A stretch of DNA of 28,548 nt from contig JBGTGT010000047.1 of assembly GCA_041746575.1 (NCBI GenBank), positions 1 to 28,548 on the forward strand. Direction: 5' to 3'. Made by a program: the position numbers and the translations under genes. This document shows, in pieces, positions 9,860 to 18,297 of this stretch. Source of the stretch: Microcystaceae cyanobacterium (GTDB taxonomy: Bacteria; Cyanobacteriota; Cyanobacteriia; Cyanobacteriales; Microcystaceae). Within the stretch, counting starts at the first letter, position 1. The number at the start of each line of letters is the position of its first letter. The notes beneath the pieces are model-generated. The model searched no databases. It saw only the letters and a program-made list of their open reading frames with translations, and was not told the DNA's origin.

Positions 9860-11212
9860 ATGCTTCCGAATTTCTCTTCTCTCCTCACTTTAAATATTGA
9901 GGATAATTCCCTTATAACTGACCTCTATCAGTTAACAATGACGGCTTGTTATTTGGGAGAAAAAATTGATCAAATCCCCGCTAGTTTTGAATTATTTACG
10001 CGTCGTTTACCCAACGATTTTAATTATTTAATTGCGATGGGAATGGCGCAAGTTTTAGACTATTTAGAGAATTTTTACTTTAGCGAAGATTACCTAGAAG
10101 CGTTAAAAAAAACAGGGATTTTTGACCATGTTTCTCCTCGCTTTTGGGAGCTATTAAAAGGCGCAAAATTTACAGGTGATCTGTGGGGAGTGCCGGAAGG
10201 AACGGTCATTTTTGCCAATGAACCTATTTTACGTATCGAAGCCCCTTTATGGCAGGCGCAAGTGGTAGAAACATTCCTCCTCAATACAATTAATTATCAA
10301 ACTTTAATCGCAACCCGCGCCGCACGCTCAAGAGATGTGGCAGGACAAGACGCTATACTGCTTGAATTTGGTACAAGACGCGCTTTTAGTCCTCAAGGGT
10401 CAATTTGGGGGGCTAGAGCCGCCTTGGCAGGGGGCTTAGATGCTACTTCCAACGTAATAGCAGCCCTAAAATTGGGACAAAAACCCAGTGGCACAATGGC
10501 GCATTCCCTTGTCATGGCATTTACAGCTTTGTCGGAGGAAGAAGATAAGGCATTTGAAGCATTTCATCGTTATTTTCCCCAAGAAACGCTATTAATTGAC
10601 ACTTATGATTCAAGACAAGCGGCACAACGGTTAGCAAAATGGCAACGAGCAGGAACGATGGAGGTACGGGGAATTCGACTGGATTCTGGCAATTTGGTAG
10701 AGTTATCGCAAGAGATTCGTTCTCTTCTTCCTGATACCAAGATTTTTGCCAGTGGCGATTTAGATGAATGGGAAATTGAGCGATTAAAAGCGTCTGGGGC
10801 GGAGATTGATGGTTATGGATTAGGCACAAAGCTTGTGACGGGTAATCCGGTCAATGGTATTTATAAATTGGTTGAAATCAAGGAAATTCCGACGCTTAAG
10901 CAATCTCCTCAGAAAATGACTTACCCCGGCAAAAAGCAAATATTTCGGCAGATAATTGGAGGTAAAATTCAAGGGGATCGTCTTAGTTTGGCAGATGACA
11001 TGGCTCAAGATCACGAAAAACCCTTGTTACAGCTTTTAATGCAGTCAGGGGAGCGTTTAGTATCACTAGAGTCTTTAGATACTATCCGACAGCGGACTCA
11101 AGCTTCTGTGGAAAGTCTGCCGCCGGAAACTCGAAATTTAAGGGGAAAAAGTACAATTTCTGTGGAAATATCTCATCGTTTAGAAGATTTACGAAATGCT
11201 CTAATGCGGTAA
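9860..11212 (+). CDS. pncB: Nicotinate phosphoribosyltransferase
   Basis: TDLYQLTM, EFGTRR, ATSNV, GTMAHS (phospho-His), LIDTYD, GIRLDSG, YKLVE. Confidence 0.92.
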   Translation: MLPNFSSLLTLNIEDNSLITDLYQLTMTACYLGEKIDQIPASFELFTRRLPNDFNYLIAMGMAQVLDYLENFYFSEDYLEALKKTGIFDHVSPRFWELLKGAKFTGDLWGVPEGTVIFANEPILRIEAPLWQAQVVETFLLNTINYQTLIATRAARSRDVAGQDAILLEFGTRRAFSPQGSIWGARAALAGGLDATSNVIAALKLGQKPSGTMAHSLVMAFTALSEEEDKAFEAFHRYFPQETLLIDTYDSRQAAQRLAKWQRAGTMEVRGIRLDSGNLVELSQEIRSLLPDTKIFASGDLDEWEIERLKASGAEIDGYGLGTKLVTGNPVNGIYKLVEIKEIPTLKQSPQKMTYPGKKQIFRQIIGGKIQGDRLSLADDMAQDHEKPLLQLLMQSGERLVSLESLDTIRQRTQASVESLPPETRNLRGKSTISVEISHRLEDLRNALMR

Positions 11213-11314
11213 ATTATCGATAACTCTCACTTGAAAATTGTCAAAATTCTTTTATCTTTTTCCTTTATGAACGCTTAACCTTAATGGTGTCTCATCACTT
11301 CCTCCGTTATAAAA

Positions 11315-11884
11315 ATGATCAAAAAAATTGCCCTTTTTGGCACCAGTGCCGATCCGCCCACTGCTGGTCATCAAATGATCTTAAAATGGTTAGCTAAGCA
11401 TTATGATTTAGTCGCAGTTTGGGCATCGGATAACCCCTACAAAAACCATCAAACGCATCTACAGCATCGAGTCAAAATGCTCCAGTTATTAATTGAAGAA
11501 ATTCACCCCCCCCAACCCCAACTTAAAATCTGCCCTGAATTGAGTTATCTTCGCAGTCTGATGAGTGTGCGACAAGCACAAAAAATTTGGGGAAAAGAGT
11601 CTGAATATCATCTCGTTATCGGCTCAGACTTAATTGTGCAAGTTCCCCGCTGGTATGGCGTTCAAGACCTATTAAAACAGGTCAAAATTTTGATTATTTC
11701 TCGGCCGAATTATCCTATCTGCACGAAGGATTTGAAAATGATTGAAGAGCTAGGAGGAGATTACCTTATTGCTGATTTAGATGCTCCTGCTGTTTCTTCT
11801 ACGGCTTATCGAGAAACCCAAGACCAAACAATTGTGACAACGCCGATTCAAGACTACATTCATCATCAAAAATTATACCTATGA
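11315..11884 (+). CDS. nadD: Nicotinate-nucleotide adenylyltransferase
   Basis: FGTSADPPTAGH, VIGSDL...W, VSSTAYR. Lies within the NAD cluster. Confidence 0.92.
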   Translation: MIKKIALFGTSADPPTAGHQMILKWLAKHYDLVAVWASDNPYKNHQTHLQHRVKMLQLLIEEIHPPQPQLKICPELSYLRSLMSVRQAQKIWGKESEYHLVIGSDLIVQVPRWYGVQDLLKQVKILIISRPNYPICTKDLKMIEELGGDYLIADLDAPAVSSTAYRETQDQTIVTTPIQDYIHHQKLYL

Positions 11885-12603
11885 ATCAGATGCCATCCCT
11901 TGCCCCTTTAGCTGATTTTAAAGTAGGGGTTGATAACGTAATTTTTTCAGTGGATACTCAAGGTCATCGTCTACTGGTTTTGCTGGTGAAACGGCAGGAT
12001 AATCCCTTTGCTTATCAATGGAGTTTACCCGGCACATTAGTCCGTCAGGGAGAATCCTTAGAAGCATCTGCTCACCGCATTCTAGCCGAAAAAATTTGGG
12101 TTGAAAATCTTTATTTAGAGCAATTATATACGTTTGGAGGGCCGCATCGAGATCCTAGAGAATCCCCAGAGCATTTTGGCGTGCGCTACCTATCAGTAAG
12201 TTACTTTGCCCTAGTCCGTTTTGAAGAAGCAAAATTAATCGAAAAACATCCGGATCATACTCGTTGGTTTAACTTGCAAAACATTCCTCAATTGGCGTTT
12301 GATCATAAGCAGATTTTAGACTACGGTTATCAACGCCTACGCAGTAAGTTAGAGTATAGTCCGATCGCTTTTGATGTTTTACCTGAATTATTTACCCTTA
12401 ATGATATTTATCAATTATACTGTACTGTTTTAGGAGAAAATTTCGCAGACTATTCTAATTTTCGCTCTCGCTTATTAAAATTAGGTATCGTAACCGATAG
12501 TGGAATTAAAGTGTCAAAAGGAGCAGGTCGACCGGCAAGTTTGTATCGTTTTGATGCGGATGCTTTTGCCCCTTTAAAAGATAAACCTCTCGTTTTTGTT
12601 TAA
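11881..12603 (+). CDS. nrtR: Nudix-related transcriptional regulator of NAD metabolism
   Basis: Degenerate Nudix box WSLPGTLVRQGESLE, LEQLYTF, LAFDH, C-terminal winged HTH (NFRSR...GRPASLYRF). ATGA overlap with nadD. Confidence 0.9.
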   Translation: MNQMPSLAPLADFKVGVDNVIFSVDTQGHRLLVLLVKRQDNPFAYQWSLPGTLVRQGESLEASAHRILAEKIWVENLYLEQLYTFGGPHRDPRESPEHFGVRYLSVSYFALVRFEEAKLIEKHPDHTRWFNLQNIPQLAFDHKQILDYGYQRLRSKLEYSPIAFDVLPELFTLNDIYQLYCTVLGENFADYSNFRSRLLKLGIVTDSGIKVSKGAGRPASLYRFDADAFAPLKDKPLVFV

Positions 12604-12620
12604 GATAGGATGACTACGAA

Positions 12621-14285
12621 ATGAAAATTGCGATCGCTCAACTTAATCCCGTGATTGGTGACCTTCAAAATAATGCCAATCATATTCTAGCGGCGGCAAA
12701 AACGGCTTTCGATTTGGGAGCAACTTTAATGTTGACACCCGAATTATCCCTCTGTGGATATCCCCCTAGAGATTTATTATTAAATCCAAGTTTTTTACAA
12801 AAGATGAGAAGCAAATTAGAGGCGTTAGCGACTCAGTTACCTTTTGATTTGTGGGTTTTGGTGGGAACAGTTGAAAGAAATCCTCAGGCAGAAACCAAAG
12901 GGGAAAAACCACTGTATAATAGTATTGCGTTATTGGGAAAAGGAAAGATTCAGCAAATCTTTCATAAACGATTATTACCCAGTTATGATGTTTTTGATGA
13001 AGATCGTTATTTTGAAGCAGGGAGAAAAAGTAATTATTTTATCCTAGATAAAGTAAAAATTGGCGTAACGGTTTGCGAAGATTTATGGAATGATGAGAAT
13101 TTTTGGGGGAAACGTCAGTATGAAAACAATCCAATTCGAGATTTAGTGAATTTAGAGGTTGATTTTATTGTTAATTTATCCGCTTCTCCTTATCAGGTAA
13201 ATAAGCAAAACTTACGAGAGTCTATGTTAAGTCATAGTGCAGAACGTTACCAAATTCCAATTATTTATGTCAATCAAGTTGGGGGGAATGATGATTTGAT
13301 TTTTGATGGTTATAGTTTTGCGGTTAATCGGCAGGGCAACCTTATTTTTCGCAGTAAGAGTTTCACCACAGATTTATCTATTATTGAGTTTAATTTAATC
13401 CAAAAGAATTTTTCGATATCTTCCTTATATCCCTTAAGTCAAAGCGAAGATGAAACGATTTTTAAGGCGTTAGTTTTAGGGGTAAAAGATTACGCAAAAA
13501 AATGTGGCTTTTCTCAAGTAACCTTAGGATTAAGCGGGGGAATTGATTCGTCTTTAGTCGCAGTAATTGCTGCAGAAGCAATGGGAAAAGAAAATGTTCT
13601 GGGGGTGTTAATGCCATCTCCTTATAGTTCAGAGCATTCTCTGATAGATGCAGAACAATTAGTCACTAATTTAGGCATCAAAAAAACAGTACTACCGATT
13701 GAGTTATCGATGAAAGCATTTGATCAGATTTTGGCACCCTTATTTCAGGATACAGAATTTGGCATTGCTGAAGAAAATTTACAATCGCGCATTCGGGGTA
13801 ACCTATTAATGGCGATCGCTAATAAATTTGGTTATTTGCTATTATCGACAGGGAATAAGTCAGAAATGGCTGTGGGATATTGTACTCTCTATGGTGATAT
13901 GAACGGCGGCTTAGCTGTCATTGCAGATATTCCCAAAACAAGGGTATTTTCTCTCTGTCGCTGGGTGAATTCTCAACAAGAAATTATTCCTCATCATGTC
14001 TTAGTTAAACCGCCGAGCGCAGAATTGAAACCCGACCAAAAAGATCAAGATTCGTTACCGCCTTACGAAATTTTAGATGACATCTTAGATCGAATCGTTC
14101 ATCATCATCAATCGGTTGAGCAAATTATTCAATTAGGTTATGATGAAGACAAGGTCAATCAAGTAATGAAATTGGTTGATCGTGCCGAATTTAAACGAAA
14201 ACAAGCTCCTCCCGGCTTAAAAGTAACTGATCGTGCCTTTGGAACAGGTTGGCGAATGCCCATTGCTAAACGACTCACTGACTAA
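12621..14285 (+). CDS. nadE: Glutamine-dependent NAD+ synthetase
   Basis: Nitrilase-type domain (PEL..GYPP, HKRLLP, VCEDLW) fused to synthetase domain (SGGIDSS, NLQSRIRG, TGNKSE, PSAEL). Confidence 0.97.
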   Translation: MKIAIAQLNPVIGDLQNNANHILAAAKTAFDLGATLMLTPELSLCGYPPRDLLLNPSFLQKMRSKLEALATQLPFDLWVLVGTVERNPQAETKGEKPLYNSIALLGKGKIQQIFHKRLLPSYDVFDEDRYFEAGRKSNYFILDKVKIGVTVCEDLWNDENFWGKRQYENNPIRDLVNLEVDFIVNLSASPYQVNKQNLRESMLSHSAERYQIPIIYVNQVGGNDDLIFDGYSFAVNRQGNLIFRSKSFTTDLSIIEFNLIQKNFSISSLYPLSQSEDETIFKALVLGVKDYAKKCGFSQVTLGLSGGIDSSLVAVIAAEAMGKENVLGVLMPSPYSSEHSLIDAEQLVTNLGIKKTVLPIELSMKAFDQILAPLFQDTEFGIAEENLQSRIRGNLLMAIANKFGYLLLSTGNKSEMAVGYCTLYGDMNGGLAVIADIPKTRVFSLCRWVNSQQEIIPHHVLVKPPSAELKPDQKDQDSLPPYEILDDILDRIVHHHQSVEQIIQLGYDEDKVNQVMKLVDRAEFKRKQAPPGLKVTDRAFGTGWRMPIAKRLTD

Positions 14286-14319
14286 ACAAATTAATACAAT
14301 AAAGGGATTGACTCTTGCC

Positions 14320-14691
14320 ATGAAAATTAAGCGCGCTTTTGTGACAATCGGCACAGTTGAATGGGGAAAAGTTGTCAACTTTTACCAAGGCTTGCTACAA
14401 CAATCCCCGACCGTTTATTTTGAAAAAAAATACGCTGAATTTCAAATTTCAGGTTTAATACTGAGTATTTTCAAACCGCAATCTTCTCATGAATTAGAAT
14501 TTTCTCAATCCCAGAGAAGTGGATTTAGTTTATGCTTAGAAGTAGAAAATTTGACCGATGCTATTCAACATTTAACGGATTTTGGATATGCACTGTCTGA
14601 TCAGACCCTGAAAACATCCCACGGTCAAGAAATTTACGCTTATGATCCTGTAGGAAATCGCTTAATTTTGCATCAATCTTCTGAGAATTAG
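14320..14691 (+). CDS. VOC/glyoxalase-family protein
   Basis: Start moved to ATG 14320 to avoid overlap with nadE. FYQ.LL, LCLEV.NL..AI, SHGQEIYAYDPVGNRLILH. Confidence 0.8.
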   Translation: MKIKRAFVTIGTVEWGKVVNFYQGLLQQSPTVYFEKKYAEFQISGLILSIFKPQSSHELEFSQSQRSGFSLCLEVENLTDAIQHLTDFGYALSDQTLKTSHGQEIYAYDPVGNRLILHQSSEN

Positions 14692-14865
14692 GATATATTT
14701 GCTTTTAAATGGTTTTTAACTTCTGCTTTATTCTCTTTGCTTTCTCCGTCATCCCATTGAATCATTTATTGTATTGACTGGTTTAGACGAACGTAGGATC
14801 TTTTGGGGTAACCCCTGCCTCCTTCGTCCGAGACTTTTACGTTTTGTTAAGTTCCCTCAAAAAGG

Positions 14866-14874
14866 TGTTATGAT
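14866..14874 (+). promoter_or_regulatory. Putative extended -10 element for the rbp gene
   Basis: TGTTATGAT, implying a 5' UTR of about 140 nt. Long leaders are usual for cyanobacterial rbp genes. Confidence 0.4.
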
Positions 14875-15018
14875 TGAGTAGAGTCAATCTGAATCAATTA
14901 TTATCGCTTCCGTTTCTTTAAGCTTCATTATCGTTTGTGTATTAAGTGAAAGGCGACGCATCAGCTAAAGGTTTCAGTTCTCAAGTTCAAGAATATTAAT
15001 TCAAGGTTTCGTACAATC

Positions 15019-15300
15019 ATGTCAATTTTCATCGGCAACTTAGCCTACGAGGTTACTCAGTCAGACCTCAACGATGTATTCTCCGAATACGGACAAGTAC
15101 AACGTATCCATCTTCCTACTGACAGAGAAACAGGAAAGATGCGAGGCTTTGCCTTTATCGAATTAGAAAATGAATCCGATGAGCAAAAAGCGATTAACGA
15201 GTTAAATCAAGCCGAATGGATGGGAAGAACCCTGAAAGTCGACCAAGCTCGTCCCCGCCAAGAAAATAATAATCGGGGCGGCGGCAGAAACCGCTTTTAA
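15019..15300 (+). CDS. rbp: RRM RNA-binding protein (Rbp family)
   Basis: RNP2 IFIGNL, RNP1 RGFAFIEL, short Gly/Arg tail. Confidence 0.95.
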   Translation: MSIFIGNLAYEVTQSDLNDVFSEYGQVQRIHLPTDRETGKMRGFAFIELENESDEQKAINELNQAEWMGRTLKVDQARPRQENNNRGGGRNRF

Positions 15301-15455
15301 GACCCAGTAAACTTGATTGGGCTACCTCATAATCGTAACGTAACGTAGAAACGTTTCATCGAGCATCTACGCATTGGATCGGATGAGTAGCCATCTTTCA
15401 AGAATGGGTAGAGGAGGGTTGTCTATTAAGACGACTCTATCTGAAAAATTAAGAC

Positions 15456-15486
15456 GAGAGAGTGTTATTTTTGCGCTCTCTTTTTT
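15456..15486 (+). terminator. Intrinsic terminator about 155 nt downstream of rbp
   Basis: GAGAGTG...CGCTCTC stem followed by TTTTTT. Confidence 0.65.
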
Positions 15487-15570
15487 AATGGGGTTACTTC
15501 TCAACTCAGTTTAAAATGTGACAAATCGCTCGTTTATTAGGCTGGATTACTTTTAAAAACGGAGTCAGAA

Positions 15571-16590
15571 ATGACGAATCCTCAACGTCCTCTTCATCTA
15601 CAATTAACCCAAATGATTGCCGGTTATTGGCTATCTCAAGCCATTTACATTGCGGCTAAATTGGGACTTGCAGAGATTCTCAGCGATCGCGCTCAATCTT
15701 GCCAAGCCTTAGCAAATCTCACCGACAGTAATCCATCCGCTTTATATCGATTGATGAGAGCTTTAGCAAGTGCAGGGATTTTTCAAGAAACTGAGCCTCA
15801 ACAGTTTATTCTCACGCCATTAGCGGAGTATTTACGCAGTGATCATCCTCATTCTGTCAAAGCCACAGCTATTATGTTAGGAGAAACTCCCCATTACCAA
15901 CCTTGGGGTAAAGCGTTGTATAGCGTTAAAACGGGAAAACCTGCCTTTGATCATTTGTATGGCATGGGTATATTTGAATATTTTCAATCCCATTCTGAAG
16001 AGGCGGCTATTTTTGAACAATCGATGAATAGTTTTTCTTTGTCAGAAGTAAAAGCAATTTTATCGGTTTATGATTTTTCCGCGTTAAAAACCCTCGTGGA
16101 TGTTGGGGGAGGGTACGGCGAAATGTTAGGTATATTGTTACAGCAATATCCTAGCCATCAAGGAATTTTGTTTGATGAAGAATATGTCATTTCCCATTGT
16201 CAACCCACCTTAGACAGACATGGCATTGCTAATCGCTGTCAAACCGTCAGTGGCAGTTTTTTTGAATCGATTCCCTCTGGAGGAGAGGGTTATCTTTTAA
16301 AACATATTATTCATGATTGGGACGATCAACGAGCGATTACGATTCTGAAAAATTGTTGCGCAGTATTAAAGCCAAACGACAAAGTATTAGTTATGGAAAT
16401 GGTGATTCCTGCTGGCAATGATCCTTCGGCAGCGAAAATGCTGGATCTCAATATGTTAGTGATGTGTCCGGGGGGTAAAGAAAGAACGAAAGCAGAATTC
16501 CAAGCTTTATTTGAGGAAGCTGGCTTAACCTTAACGCAAATTGTTCCAACTGAAGAAGATATTTGTATTATTGAAGGCTGTAAAGCTTAA
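15571..16590 (+). CDS. SAM-dependent O-methyltransferase (dimerisation domain + Methyltransf_2)
   Basis: LYRLMRALAS, VDVGGGYG, GSFF, LKHIIHDW, GGKERT. GGAG RBS. Confidence 0.9.
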   Translation: MTNPQRPLHLQLTQMIAGYWLSQAIYIAAKLGLAEILSDRAQSCQALANLTDSNPSALYRLMRALASAGIFQETEPQQFILTPLAEYLRSDHPHSVKATAIMLGETPHYQPWGKALYSVKTGKPAFDHLYGMGIFEYFQSHSEEAAIFEQSMNSFSLSEVKAILSVYDFSALKTLVDVGGGYGEMLGILLQQYPSHQGILFDEEYVISHCQPTLDRHGIANRCQTVSGSFFESIPSGGEGYLLKHIIHDWDDQRAITILKNCCAVLKPNDKVLVMEMVIPAGNDPSAAKMLDLNMLVMCPGGKERTKAEFQALFEEAGLTLTQIVPTEEDICIIEGCKA

Positions 16591-16624
16591 AGTAGGGCTG
16601 ATTCCCCTTCTCGGAAAGGGAGTG

Positions 16625-17416
16625 TCAATGACGCTTACCCGCTTCAACCGATTGAGCCACAGAAAGGGCGGGTAAGAAATTCTCCGATTGTAAAATTTTG
16701 CTTAACTGCAATTCCTTTTCTAAGAGGCAAGCATGACCACTGTGCGGTAAGATTAATAATTGAGCGTGACGTAACATCGCCTGTAAACGCCTGGCTTCTT
16801 CTACGGAAGGCAATAAGCGATCGCTTTGTCCAGCAATCAGTAAAAACGGTTGGGGTAACTGTTTTAACGCTTTAACCTCTAAATGAAATTGATGCAATAA
16901 GGCAATCCGTCCACTCACTACCCATTGTGGCAGAGATTGCATGGCTTGGAGTAAGGCGCGGCGTTCAGGGGGATCTAAGCGTCCTAAAGCGGCTAAAAAG
17001 GGCAATAACCCCAAGCAAGAGCTATGATGCAAGAAATTTGGCATCCAACGGGTAATAATACTACCTAAGCTTAACCAAGATCTTAACCCAAAGGCTGACG
17101 CCGGATTTACTAAAATCACTTTTTCAAATAGGGAAGGTCGTTGTAAAACGGCTTTTAATGCTAAACATCCGCCAAAAGACTCCCCTAAGAGATAAACCCT
17201 AGTCTTTTCTTCTTCTTCGATTAATTTAACCGTTTCTTTGCTTAAACGTTCCCAATTTTCTTCTGCTCCCCTATCGTAACATAGACAACGGATATCAAAA
17301 AATTGGCTTAAATCCCGTGCTTGACGACTCAACAGTTGACCTGTTCCATCCATTCCGGGACAATAAACGAGTAAAGGCAAGTGAGGATTCGTCTGATAGG
17401 GTTTCAGCAATTTCAT
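16625..17416 (-). CDS. Alpha/beta hydrolase resembling the hydrolase half of plant PES/ELT proteins
   Basis: PLLVYCPGMDGTG, GESFGG nucleophile elbow, LVNPASAF, DRLLPS, SGHACLLE. Confidence 0.88.
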   Translation of the reverse strand: MKLLKPYQTNPHLPLLVYCPGMDGTGQLLSRQARDLSQFFDIRCLCYDRGAEENWERLSKETVKLIEEEEKTRVYLLGESFGGCLALKAVLQRPSLFEKVILVNPASAFGLRSWLSLGSIITRWMPNFLHHSSCLGLLPFLAALGRLDPPERRALLQAMQSLPQWVVSGRIALLHQFHLEVKALKQLPQPFLLIAGQSDRLLPSVEEARRLQAMLRHAQLLILPHSGHACLLEKELQLSKILQSENFLPALSVAQSVEAGKRH

Positions 17417-17419
17417 AAA

Positions 17420-18169
17420 TTAAACAGATTCGGCAAGTAACGTGGAAATTTCAGTGTGACAGTGTTGGGTTAATTCGTTAACCAAAGTTTTTGCTTGTTT
17501 TCCTTGATAATGTTGATAATGCTCGGCGGTAATCCAATAAGGATGACCAATCAGTACATGAGTACGTTGATAGGTGACAATGGGTTGTAATCCCGACTGA
17601 TTAAAAAGGGGTTCTGAAGGATCAAAAAAGTGTAAGGTTTTAAGCGGAAAGGTGTGATGCACTTTTTCAGATAAGGACGCAATGCAAACGGGTAAAACTG
17701 CTAAATTTGGCATATTTACCCGAAAAGCTAGATGAGCAAACCCTCGCCCAAACGCCGTTATTTGATTGGGTTGGGTTGCCTGTATCATAGGAGACGTTCC
17801 TTCGGGAAAAAGTCCCACCCACTGACGACGTTGTAAGAAGGATTGCGCTTGTGTCAGAAACTGCTTAGACCGTTGCGAAGGACTGCCTAAAGGAAAACAG
17901 CCCAATAATTGCACCATATCTTTTAGGAGGGGTGTTTGTCCCATATAATGATGGCAAGCAATCCGAACAGGTTGCTGTAGCGCATGAATTAAAAGGGGCG
18001 CATCCATGAAACTGCGATGATTACTGACGACAATAACCGGATAATCTGGGTCAGGAATGCGATTTTTATAGGAAACGGACACTTGCACGCCTAACAATCC
18101 TAACAGATATTGAGAAAGAGAAAGAGGTAATTGACTCGCCATGAAAATTGAGGATGTTGTTTTTAGCAT
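17420..18169 (-). CDS. PlsC-family (lysophospholipid-type) acyltransferase
   Basis: NHRSFMD (HxxxxD) and FPEGT motifs. Start may be ATG at 18142. 3-bp gap to the hydrolase gene. Confidence 0.88.
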   Translation of the reverse strand: MLKTTSSIFMASQLPLSLSQYLLGLLGVQVSVSYKNRIPDPDYPVIVVSNHRSFMDAPLLIHALQQPVRIACHHYMGQTPLLKDMVQLLGCFPLGSPSQRSKQFLTQAQSFLQRRQWVGLFPEGTSPMIQATQPNQITAFGRGFAHLAFRVNMPNLAVLPVCIASLSEKVHHTFPLKTLHFFDPSEPLFNQSGLQPIVTYQRTHVLIGHPYWITAEHYQHYQGKQAKTLVNELTQHCHTEISTLLAESV

Positions 18170-18297
18170 TCTTAACTGTGCTTAACATAAGTTTACCAAA
18201 TCCCATCGGATTAGACTTCTCTCTTCGGTTCACCCTGATGGGTGAAGCAGAAAACTCAGTCGATTGGGCAATCTATAGAAGGGAAAACCCTATTTAA

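Noticed and set aside
11281..11301. Second NrtR site upstream of nadD
   Set aside because: Only a half-site (TTAATGGT). No GT-N7-AC palindrome.
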